Position numbers and translations under genes: made by a program. A model generated the notes under the pieces. That model saw only the letters and a program-made list of their open reading frames with translations, ran no database searches and was not told the DNA's origin. A stretch of DNA of 64,000 nt from Gnetum montanum (taxonomy: Eukaryota > Plantae > Gnetophyta), in contig MNCI01002585.1 of NCBI GenBank assembly GCA_015680685.1, forward strand, positions 1 through 64,000, read 5' to 3'. Positions 37,741-49,427 of the stretch are shown one piece after another (within the stretch, counting starts at the first letter, position 1; the number at the start of each line of letters is the position of its first letter).

Positions 37741-40700
37741 TCGCGATGGTCCTGCATTCGCAGCAAAGGGGAGTTGGTCTAAACCGACCCACAGGCGTTG
37801 CATGATTTCGTCTTTGGTTAGCTCAGACCAAACTCCATCCCCCAGAATAGTTCTAGCCTTCACCTTCCCCTTCTCCACACTAGTCCATCGGGGTGGTTCA
37901 GGGAAGAAAGTAGGGACTGTAGTCTTTTCTCCAAGAAGAGTAATTTCCCTTTCCGGGGACGCGCTTATTGTCACCTGCTCCTGAAACTTCTCAAAGGCCT
38001 TAGATGCACCAATGACGTTGAGGAACACCCACAAGGATTGAGTTTCAATGGCAGAATCTTGATAGTGCTTATGATAAGTGAGACTTTCTCGCTTATACAG
38101 ATGCTTGTGATCTTTTTCTTTCTACCCCCACTCTTGGACGCTTGCGCAAAAGTCCTTCTAGTCCTAGTTCTTCTGGGTCAAGAGTTCTTTTTGCATCCTT
38201 TGCTCCACCAATTCCCGATAGGTTTGAATGCTATTTCTGACTTTTGTCCAGTAGCGAGCGTAGTCGATAACAGCCGTCCACCAATCCTCTTCACCTGTTC
38301 CTTGCGCCTGCAGGAATTCACATCGTGATTTTAAGTCTCCGACCTCTTTGGTCAGAGACATCCTTTCCTTCTTTGACCTCTGCAGCTTCTTCCAGAGGTC
38401 TTCCTTGACATTTTGACTCTCCCACAAGGAGCGGGTCGAGCGTAACGCACATTTACGCATTTCCTCATAAATGTTGCGTGGCACGACCGTGCCATCCGAT
38501 GAAGGCGCGACTGTGTCCAGGTCAATGGGCTCCGTAGGGTCCCATCGAAGGCGAGCTCTTGATAACAAATCCCTCATGATGCATCACTAGTGTAAGTGGG
38601 AAGCGCCCCAGCTACGCTATCAGGGCCCTACATTCAAGGTGCCGCCAAATCCCTAGTCGTTACAGACAACGACTCCCCAATTCCCTCCGGAGGATCCTGT
38701 GCCCGGGTAGTGCCAAAGATATGAGAAATCCAAGGTTTGGATAATTGATCTCGGTCTTGTAGGACCCAGACCCCATTCCTCTGAACAACCAAAAACTCGG
38801 TAAAACGCTGGAGGCAAGCTATGAAGAAGGTGAAGTGCACACTGAAACGCGACTCGAGCTTTTGGCGGAGTCTCACCATTTCAGTGCGTAACCCCTCAGC
38901 AAAATAGCTTGCCCAGTCAAATTGGGTGCCTTCCTCCATCACCTCTCACATAATACGGGCCTGTTCTATAGTAAAGAACCTCCCCTGCGAGAGTGTTTTG
39001 GGGAAGGCTCGAGCTCGGAAGAGGGGATAAATAGTCTTGGCGACCTCTAATTCGATCTTTTCACAAGGGATCCCCTTGGCCTCCTTCTTCGTCCCCAACC
39101 ACTCCTCCAGCTCTTCCTGACATTTGACGCTTCTCCTCGATTTTTCCTCTATGGGAAGACCGTCAAAGGGGACACCGAAGAGGTCAGTGAATAGCTGAGC
39201 ATTGATATCAAAATTTACACGCATGTGACGCACGCGCGTGCAAAAACGTTCAGCTCCCTCGTTGAAGGAGTTAACTAGGGTCAAAATTTTGCTTGTGGGG
39301 ACATCAGGGGTTACGGCTAGAAATAAATGCACCAGCCTTGCTTCCCGCAGCTTGGTGACCAATGCAACTGGGGCCGCCGTGTGGCCAAGCCAGCGTTGTA
39401 CCTTCTTTATGTCGCCATAGCAGAAAAGAAGGGTGTTCGCCTCGCGGCCGGAAATAGTGATGGTAATCTCCCGGGATTCCCTGACTGATAATACATGGCA
39501 CATATCAACATAGCGAAAACACTGTTACGCAACATTTGAAAAAAAAAATATAATACCCTGTAACTAATAGTAGCAGCGAAACCTTACTAGGTCCAAATGG
39601 CAAAGGAAATGGAGGGAGCTTCCTCTGCCCGTCCGCGAGGGTAAGGGGTGGGTTCAAAGTCCATTCTTCATGTAACCACCTGAGATTCTGACAATTTTTG
39701 AAGGAATCAGAATAACAGGTGGGATACTCGTGAATGTCAAAAGCCATTTGCCCCATTACACCAGTGCGTACGTTGCTGGTGGACGTAAACTCCTTTATTG
39801 CCGTTTCGATCCAAGACAATGTATCACCATTGCCTACTAACCCATTTTCGTTGATGAAAAACCTGTATCATATAACACATTACTTTCCTACGCTTTGCAA
39901 ATTCAGACATTAGAAGCATATTGACAATACCGCCAGTAAAACAACTTACCCGCTCGATTAATACACCGTGCTTGGAGGATTCTGAAAGTAAGTCGAGACA
40001 TGATGAGCCACGAACAAAGTATTATACGCATGATAACAGCTGAATCTGGGCATCTCCCAGATCCAAATTAAGCGCCTCAATCCTCTAGCGCTAAGTTCAC
40101 GGTCTTGGGGACACCCAGTATCAATAGCCCCGTCTATTAGGAAAGCTAGGACGCCCTGCGTAGAACCCACTAACAGATGTTCCAAAATAGCACCGGCCAC
40201 ATCGCCCAACAGGTGTGACCATACAATAATACTGAAGCCTTTCAGAACCATATAGCCTTCCCCTGCAATCGAGTCTAAGGGGGAGGAACATTGGGTACGA
40301 TAGGGTTTATACAACATAAAACCTCGACTATATTCAAAACGATTAGGACGGGTTTCACCATGATACTGTACAGAAAATAAACACGTTACCATCTAGATTC
40401 CGATTGCATGCTTAAACTATAGGAAAATTTATAAAATTATGCTCCAGCCATACAGCCGAAATCGTTGAAACCCTTGTAATAGTACAAGGTCTGTCTTAGA
40501 CAACGGCGATAGACGCAATACTATTGTCTAAACCCTTGCTTCAATACGAGGTTTATAACATAAAATTCTAGTTTACGCAGAGGATGCAAAAAGAATAAAT
40601 ACAAAAAAATAGAGCGTATCACAGGAAGCAATACGAGTAAGTAAGGGATGGGCTACTGATTCAGGGGAGTGACATCTCTTACTTCTACCAAGGCCTGCAA

Positions 40701-40775
40701 AGCATGCTGCAGGCTCCCTTGTACTTCGTTGATTTTAGCCAACTTGGTGTTCTTTCCTCTAACTTTCGGCGCCAT
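37741..40775 (-). pseudogene. Spliced antisense extra gene inside the Tat element; predicted exons 40775-40683, 40365-39950, 39862-39588, 39484-37741
   Basis: aacaATGGCG start (MAPKVRGK...). Three GT-AG introns join the separate minus-strand ORFs in phase, and a fourth donor (GTAAGT, 37740) precedes a truncated AT-rich intron. There are a few point stops and one frameshift (~38580-38660). Confidence 0.72.
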
Positions 40776-41246
40776 TGTTGCAGTCCTGAATACCTTCACA
40801 AATAACGCGCTGCAAGTCTTTTGCTGTTTTTCCTTCTCTCTGTGACAGCCGAGAATTGAAATTTACGATAGCCAACAGCCTGTTTTCGATAAGAACTGCC
40901 TACTTATATGCAAAACTAACCAACTTGACACCCGATTTAAGCGAAACTTACCCAAATGCTAGTGTCAGTATGAGCTGGAACCCGAAAATCAAGGCATTAA
41001 TTGCAATAGATATCGCATGCATTACGGTCCGAAATGACCTTAAACTACTGCATCTTATCTCCTTGTAATTAGGTCGCATTAATTACAGGTTGTTCACAAT
41101 GTTCGAAATTCAGTTAGCTTCTCACGTTCAGCAACGTCACATCACATCCTTTCTCTTTTTGGACTAAACCAAGCGTTACACGCTAAATGTTTATCGCATC
41201 CAATTTATCATTTTTCTAATTACTTTCATATTTGACAATTTTGTAG

Positions 41247-44200
41247 GACAATTGCCAAATGGACGAAACTTTATTTGCTCTCCTAAGCCCACATGGGGAA
41301 ATCATTAGACAATTTGATCCCACACTAGTAGAAACTAACCTTGCCCTCGATGAGCAACCATAGCCGCGTTGGAAACATCTCTGGACTGGCCAAAACAATC
41401 GACGTGCATGCTAGATCTGGAAGCTAGAGATGTAACCGAGGACCCCCTTAATGAGGTCTCTGTGGTTACGCATAAGGGTGAAACTAAAAATTTTAAGGTT
41501 AGTTCTTTACTAGACCAAAAGGTACATGATAACATAAGGCAGGTCCTCCAGAACAACATCACAGTGTTTGCATGGTCATACGAAGATATGCCGGGACTAG
41601 ATCCAAGATTAATATAGCACAACATAATTCTAGATCCCCATATCAAAGCAGTTAGACAGAAAGCACAAAAAATTAAGCCAGAAGTCACGCTAGCAGTACA
41701 TGATAAGATCACCAAACTGTACTAGGCTGGTTTTATTCACGCGGTCGATTACTCAGACTGGGTATCTAACATTGTAGTTGTTCCTAAAAAGACCAGAGGG
41801 ATACGCATCTGCATAGACTTCCGAGACTTGAACAAAGCTACAATCAAGGATAATTTCCCATTACTGAGTATCGACCAACTAGTGGATACAACCGCTGGAC
41901 ATGCACTTTTATCCTTCATGGATGGCTTCTCAAGCTACAATCAAATACGCATCAACCCAGAACACTAGCTGACAACTAGTTTCATGACACCCTAGGGGAC
42001 CTTTTGCTACACCATGATGCCTTTTGGGTTAAAAAATGCCGAAGCTACGTATCAACGAGCTATGACGTACATCTTTAGCGATTACCTCTTAGGGAGACTG
42101 AATGATTATGCTGACGATATAGCTGTTAAGTCTATAAGGTTAGAAGATCATGTAGAGTATCTGGAGTTAGTCCTTAAAAGATGCTCTAAATACGATCTCC
42201 GGCTCAACCCAAAGAAGTGCGTATTCGGAGTCAAAACCGGATGCATGCTGGGGTTTGTGGTATCAGAAACTGGTATACAAGTAGACCCTGACAAAGTCAA
42301 AGCCATTGTTGAATTGACACCCCCTACAAACCTCAAGCAATTACGTGGGTTGCAAGGGAGGTTACAGTTTATCAGGCGGTTCATTTCGAGATTAACTGAT
42401 AAATTACACCCTATGCAACATCTGCTAAAACAGGGGGTTAATTTCGAATGGACAGATGATTGTCAGCGTGCGTTTGACAGCTTGAAGTAAGAACTTCAAT
42501 GCCTGCCAACAGTATTCCTGCCACAAAGGAATCAGCCGTTTTACATTTACCTCGCAACATCAGATGTAGCCTTAGCGGCTTTACTCTGTTAAAGGAGAGA
42601 TGATGGGTCAGAAGTACCCATATATTACTTGAGTCATGTTCTATGTGCGTATGAAACGAGGTACAATGAAGTAGAGCGTAATTTTTTAGCATTAGTGTTT
42701 ACGCTCAAAAAGTGTAGATACTATCTCTTTCGTAGCCAGGTCAACATAATCTGCAAAAATAACATCCTTAGGGCTATTACGCATAATCTGTACGGAAGTG
42801 GAAAAATAGCTTGTTGGAAGGCTATCACGGTAGAATTCGATCTGCATTACATTGGTCAATCTTCTATGAAAGGTCAAGCAATAGCTGACCAACTAATAAC
42901 CTTGCCTATTGACAGTCAGGCAACCATAGAGCCTGAATTTCCAAATGAGCATATACATAGTTTAAGCCCTATTTTAATAGGCCCCAAAGCAACGTTATAT
43001 TTTGACGGAGCTTCAACCACTAGAGGTGGCAGTGCCGCCACAGTCATTACGCTATCACCTAAGGATGTACGTCTTCACTCTTATCGCTTGACCTTTCCCT
43101 GTATGAACAACGTGGCAGAGTACGAGGGACTCCTCAAGGGATTATTAATGGCCAAAGAGCTTGATGTTCGACACCTGGCAATTAGGGACGATTCGATGCT
43201 TGTTATTAATCAAATCATAGGAGTCTACGCCTACAAGGCTACACATTTACAACCCTATTGCGATATGGTTAAAGATCTTCTGAGACAGTTCACAACAACC
43301 GATGCCCAGCACGTACCTCGAAACGACAACACGTTAGCCGATGCACTGGCTACATTAGCTTTAAATGTGCTGTCACACCTATTCGACACCTGTCCTGCAT
43401 TAATAACAGATTGTACAGATCCTATCATTCAGGCGGCTCAAATATTTTCACTGCTCGAGGATAGAATGCCAGAGTGGTATGACAACATTAAAACTTACCT
43501 CTTGCATGGCGAACCACCGCATGAACTAACACGCGCGCAGAAAGATGCAATCCGTAAGCGAGCTAGGCAGTACGTCATCATAGGAGACAGTACCCTCTGT
43601 AGACGCTCTTTTGATGGAGTACTGCTTACTTGCGTTAACAAAGACGAGGCACAACGTATAGTCGGCGAAGTCCACAAGGGATTATGCGGAGGACACGTAG
43701 CGCCATGAGCCATGACCTCTAAAATTCATTGCTTAGTGTATTATTGGCCGTACATGGAAAAATATTGTCTGACAAAGGTTAAAACATGCGACACATGTCA
43801 GCGTTACGCGAACGTTATACATGTGTCGCCTACAGAACTACACACGACTCAGATAACATGGCCCTTTGAATGATGGGGATTAGACATTATAGGGCCTATC
43901 ACACCGAAATCTTCCATAGGTCATAGCTTCATAATCACCGCCACCGAGTACTTCACGAAGTGGGTGGAAGCCATCCCTTTGCAAAAGATCACGTCGCAAC
44001 AGATCTGTCACTTCATTCTAGATAACATTGTAACTAGATTTGGTCTCCCGATGACTATCGTGACTGACAATGGGCCACAATTTATTAGTCTGGAAACCAA
44101 ATCTTTTTGCGACAACCTTGGTATCAAATAATCTTTTTCCTCGCCTTATTACCCACAAGAGAATGGTCAAGCTGAAGTGACAAACAAGGTCATTATCAAC

Positions 44201-44716
44201 TTACTCAAGAAAATGCTTGACAGCAATAAGAGACGGTGGCATGAAAAGATCCTCTATGTGCTATGGGCATATCGTACCACATGCAGAACAGCTATAGACA
44301 GTACACCCTATAGCCTAGTCTATGGATCTAAGGTAGTGCTGCCCCTCGAATTACAAGTTCCTTCTCTGCGAATGGTCCTCTCCACGATTATAAATGAGGC
44401 TCAACACATCGAGTCTCGAATCATGGATTTGGACTCAGTAGAGGAGAAGCGAATATAGACGCTTGATACTATCAAAAAGTATCAAGATAAACAGAGGCAG
44501 AAGCACCATCATAATCTTCAACAATGTCCGATCAAGAAGGGAGACTTGGTTCTCAAGGCCGTTCACGAACTAGTAGGCAAGTTCTCTGCAAACTGGGAGG
44601 GCCCTTTCTTGGTAGCTGATGTGTATGGCAACGACGCGTTCAAGCTAGCAGATACTAGCGACAACGAGTTACCGAATCCTGTGAATCATATATATCTGAA
44701 GCTGTACTACATTTAG
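41247..44716 (+). pseudogene. Tat pol: RT, RNase H, additional archaeal-type RNase H, integrase
   Basis: VFAWSYEDMPGLDP, SFMDGFSSYNQI, MPFGLKNA, YADD, LYFDGAS...NNVAEYEGL...DSMLVINQ, EVHKGLCGGH, TEYFTKWVEA and KFSANWEGPF. Scattered stops. Confidence 0.95.
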
Positions 44717-44755
44717 TTGCATATCCAGTGTTAACATCAGGCATGGCAACCATCA

Positions 44756-45373
44756 TCCGCTACGACGCTAAACTGGCAACAACCATCTGCTACGACGCTA
44801 AACTGACATTCTCCTCACGCGTCTGCCATGACGCTAAACTGGCAACAATCGTCCCCCATGACGTAAAACTAGCAAGTTGCAATCGTCCACTACGACATAA
44901 AACTAGCAGTGTTGTATAGGTTCGCCACGACGTAAAACTGGCACTTCTTGTATGCGTTCGCCACGATGCTAAACTGGCAACAATCGTCCGCCACGACGTA
45001 AAACTAGCAAGTTGCAATCGTCTGCTACGACGTAAAACTAGCAGTGTTGTACAGGTCCGCCAAGACATAAAACTGGTATTTCCTGCATGCGTTCGCCACG
45101 ACGCTAAACTGGCATCGGCTGTCCGCCAAGACATAAAACTGGCATAGGTAAGTATCTGTCTTCTGAGACGTGAAACCAGCACAGATCTGTCCTTGGCTCA
45201 CGACATGAAACTGATATCCACAGCACAGTCTACTGAGACCATAAATCAGTTCTACCACCATTTGCTACAACGTAAAACTAGCACTTTTCAGTCTGCCCAG
45301 ACTTTAAATTGGGACCATGGTCTGCTGAGACTTAAAACTAGCAACGCCAATCTACCAGGACTTAAAACTGGGA
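44756..45373 (+). repeat. Array of ~19 copies of a 23-bp core (TCYGCYACGACGYWAAACTRGCA) with 6-14 bp spacers; 135-bp higher-order unit
   Basis: Counted directly. Units 3-6 recur as units 7-10 with the same spacer order, and the 3' units are more diverged. Confidence 0.92.
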
Positions 45374-46388
45374 CCTACAGACCGCCAACATGCGAACCAA
45401 GCAAGCGTAATCGTCTCTGTGTGGCTGCAAAACAAATGGGGTGGGATGTTGGGATAGTCCCTACATCGCTACCTCACAGGCATTCTGCTGATTCCTCAGA
45501 TGTGCTGAAAGGCATACTACTGACCCCTCGGAGATGCCGTCACTGCACCCACTTCAGCGGTGGCACCTCTGAGAGATTAGTTTCGCCGTTCGGAGCCCCA
45601 AAGGAGTTCTCATCGACCACAACCTTGGGAATCTCTACTCATCATCACTATTAGGCTTTAGCTTCACAGATTCACCTAGCTGGTTCTTTGCATAACTAGT
45701 CAGGTGCGATGAGTCTGATACTCTTTGGCGGCGATATGCTGGGTCGAGTGTCAACATTGGAAACCCTAGCCTCTGGCTATGGTTCCTCCTTCATGGCCTG
45801 GTCATTCTGTCTCGCCCCAAACGGTACTTGTTTCAACAACCTCTCCAGTGATTCGACTGAGCAATGGTGTCCTCTGTTTGCTTCTTTGGTTGCAGGTTAC
45901 TTGCTACGAGGATGTCGTTCAAAGGTGCATTCATCTGAGCGGTGAAAATACAGATAGCATTTTGAGATGGTCGCTTAGGTCAGCCTGTCCACTCAGGAGT
46001 GCATCCCTATTTTCGTCATAATCCTACCTCTAGCTCTTACTCCCCTGCATTTCCACCATTTGTTTCCCTTACGCAAAATGTGCATACGCAGTGTATGCTT
46101 TCCACATCTGCATTACAATCAGGTCCATAAACCGGCGTAATGCAACTCGCCTAATGGATGTAAAAAAAAACGTGGGTCGGAAAAATGGATGAAACACAAC
46201 TCATCCAGGCCACGCAGACGCAACGCAATTTGTCTAGGCAAGCCTCGTCATCTACAAAATGATAGCATAACTCCATGCAAACAAAATCGCAGGANGAGTA
46301 ACCATTGACGAATGTTGTTGGTACTTTTACCCATATGGTGTTTTGTATTCTTTGTCGACGTCTTTCGGGCAAGCCCTCTAAACGTCAA

Positions 46389-46402
46389 CAAAGAGGGGCC
46401 AT
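46389..46402 (+). promoter_or_regulatory. Polypurine tract
   Basis: AAAGAGGGGCCAT immediately before the 3' LTR start. Confidence 0.8.
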
Positions 46403-47530
46403 TGAAACATCATGGAAATTGCGAATCGGCCGAAGGCGAAGATTCACGATTTGGGCGAAAAGTTCGCGAAAGAAATCCAGAAAACAGAACAAGGCAAAGA
46501 GGCACGCAACATCAAGTCTCCAAGTCTCTTACAAATTTCCACCTAACTTTGTTTTCTCTCTTTACGCTACATTACGCAACATAGCGTAGTGTCACTCAGC
46601 GTAACTCTGTTTAACATAGCCCGATATCAAAAAGTAACTTACTTCGGCAATTTTGACGAAGTTTGAAGTTTAAAGACTTGTCGCATATTCTGCTAAGTCT
46701 TTTGTTTAGGGCTGAGTTTACGCTCTGTTACGCAGAGCAGCGTAACGAGCTTCAAGGAAAGCAAAGTCAGAGTCCAAGGAAGCGCAGCAGATTAATTTCT
46801 TCTTTTTTGTAGATTGGTCGCTTTACGCTCATTACGCTATGCAGCATAGACAAGTGTAATTTATTGTAAAGTTGACCATTTTTACGCTCTATTACGCTTT
46901 GTGGCATAAAGGAGCATAAAACAGCTTGAATCAACTACTTCCATGCTCTATTACGCTCTGCCACGTGATGCAACGTAAACGAGCATAATGTAGCCTAAAG
47001 CTGGCTAAAGCAGTACCAGATACGCACCTGCTATCCACACGCACAATACGCTGATGAGCGTATTGTGCGTAATCATGAAGTGGCTTCAGCGAAAGTGGTT
47101 GACAGCGTACTTTTCCCTCCTTTTCCAAAAGACATGATGCGACATGACTAGTTTCAACATAAAGTTTACCAAGTCAACGGTATTTTGAAGGTTGAGACAC
47201 ATGTCATCAGGACCGTGCCTTCTCCACGTACTACCGAACCTATAAATACTCCAGTTGGTGAAGATCTAAGGGGATCATCATCTTGGGATTTTTTGGCAGC
47301 TATCACCTTTTGAGCAGAAACAGAAGACATTTGCTTGAGCATTGGCAGTAGGAGCGATCAATCCTTTGGCGAAAATACAGTTCTCTCCATTGGCGATCAT
47401 TGGTAGTTTTTGCAGAGACTACCGAAGGCAAAAAGGGAGCAGATCAGAGATCGAAAGATCGTCTGGTGCGGTTGTCAAGATCTATTGATCAAAAACAGTT
47501 GATCGATAGACATCTAGGCTTGAACTTCTT
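46403..47530 (+). mobile_element. Tat element 3' LTR, missing its last ~480 bp
   Basis: Matches 32498-~33620, then similarity stops abruptly. Confidence 0.9.
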
Positions 47531-47973
47531 GTGGCCTTCTTGCGGTTGTAGTTTAACATGTTCAAGTAGGTATGGTCCTGTGGCCATGAGGAAAATACCA
47601 TTTCTTTCCACTTGAAGAATACCCACTTAATCTAGAATCTAATAGCCTACTTCAAAGGGAAGAATTGGATGTGAAAGGATCACATATCTAGATTATAAAG
47701 GGGAACCTACATAATAATAGATAAGTAGATACAAATCAAAAGATTTATTGAAGATCATTCCATCGAGCCTAAGACACTGTCAACTTTATAGGCATTCTAA
47801 GAGGCTTTTCTTGTTAGCCATAATCCTTGGACCTCTCCTTTCAATGTAGTAATTTTGTAATATGTCATGTGTTAAAGTATTTGTACAATTGTATTTCTCC
47901 ACATTGATCATGTCATGAATCTAGTTTCAATTTTATATCTTGGATGTTAAAGCTATGGAAAGTTATGGAGAAA

Positions 47974-49253
47974 TGATAAGTAGTCTAGTAATATTATGTA
48001 TGTCACTTGTAAGCCATGGATATGTGAAGTATTTCATGTGCCCTATGTTTATAGTCTAGCATGTTTGGTAGAGTTTCTTGGTCTTCTAAGAGGCATCATT
48101 ACCCCATAGATCATACTTTGAGGTTGTATGCATAATTTGAAGCTCTCTAGGATGATTTTGGCCTCATTTGGATGTTATAGAGCTCTTTTGACACATTTTC
48201 TTGGGTTCCAACTTGGACCTAGGATTGAAAAGTAAAGTTTGATTTTTGGGAAAGGGGATGATGTGATAACTACCATGCATCAACCCACAGCTTGCATTAG
48301 TGCAAGGGTGCTAATGCATCTTCTAATGGACCTTGTTTACATAGCTTTACCTTCTATGCCCTAGGGGTTAGTTCAGGTTATATCGACAAGCTTCTATTGA
48401 CACTTAGACACTAACAAACCTTCTCCATTTTCAAGAAAAAACTATAAATACCTAGGAAGAATTCATTTATACTTAGATAATTCTTGGAATTTTGGTATCT
48501 AGTTGTATAAAGGCCTCTTCCTCCCTTAGGTAAGTTGATTTCTTTTCTGTTTTGTGTGTATTTTGACTTGTCTCTTTCACAAGTGCGGCTAGACTCTATT
48601 AGAGTGCTAACATGCTTACATAGCCCATAGCCATTTGGTAAATGAAAAGTCTAATTTTTCACCATGAATAAAGCTTATGATTTTTCCTCATTCTACCATT
48701 GATGCCTTAAATACTAAAATACTAAGAACATTCATAAAACATTTAATATATATATATATATTTAATTCTTATTTCTTAAGCTTTGATGATTCATTCTTCT
48801 TAAGCTTTGATGATTCATTCTTATCCAATGAGGTCATAACTATATGACATGTTGTTTGGCCATTGAGGTCATGACTAGGAATACTTTTTATCACATTTCA
48901 TGTGTGGTGATACACTTGTTCTTGAGAGAGATTACAACACAAGTATTACACCTATCCCCAAGGCGGATTGTAATGCTTGTGTATTTATATTTATTTTGTT
49001 CATTTTAATTCCAAAATCCATAAAACTATAAAACATTAAATTATGAATGTTTTCTTTCTATGTCTCTCACTATGATAACACAATTTTTCATTGTATTATA
49101 TGTCTTCTAATCCCTTTTAAGTTTTTTGAATGTAATGATATACACAAGTGCTTTTTGAAATAAACTTAAAAACATCTTTGAAGCTTATAAATCAATTGCA
49201 TTACAATTTGAATGATAATTCCAATTGGTTCAAAATTGGTGATATTCCTATCA
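47974..49253 (+). mobile_element. Family A LTR, probably the 3' LTR of the copy interrupted by the Tat element
   Basis: Purine-rich tract upstream, TGATAAG...CCTATCA termini, no PBS after it; homologous to 17597-18821. Confidence 0.75.
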
Positions 49254-49427
49254 CATTTCATAGAGGCATCACACATCGAATCATTAGCCTAGCTTCACAT
49301 GTACCAAATAGGAACAAGCTTTGTACCTCATCTTCATAACATATACAAGCATGGTAGAGTAGTGGATTAATCTCCCAATCACTTAGTTTTATCATCAAGC
49401 AAAGAGAGAAACCTCTTCTTGGTTATG

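Larger units (their letters stand above)
32498..47530 (+). mobile_element. Tat/Ogre-like Ty3/gypsy retrotransposon (~15 kb), 3' LTR truncated
   Basis: Paired LTRs, tRNA-Asn-type PBS, gag-PR...RT-RH-aRH-INT order, PPT AAAGAGGGGCCA. Confidence 0.93.

Noticed and set aside
37682-41180. Nested LTR element bounded by TG (37682) and CA (41180)
   Set aside because: No direct repeats or TSD, and the protease does not resume afterwards. A deletion junction at 37682 explains it better.
44920-44945. Resemblance of the array core to M13 primer/vector sequence (CACGACGT..AAAAC)
   Set aside because: The match is short and partial, and it is present as many diverged copies integral to the element, so it is not contamination.
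44756-45373. CRISPR array
   Set aside because: The context is a eukaryotic retrotransposon, spacers are only 6-14 bp and recur through a higher-order duplication, and there are no cas genes.
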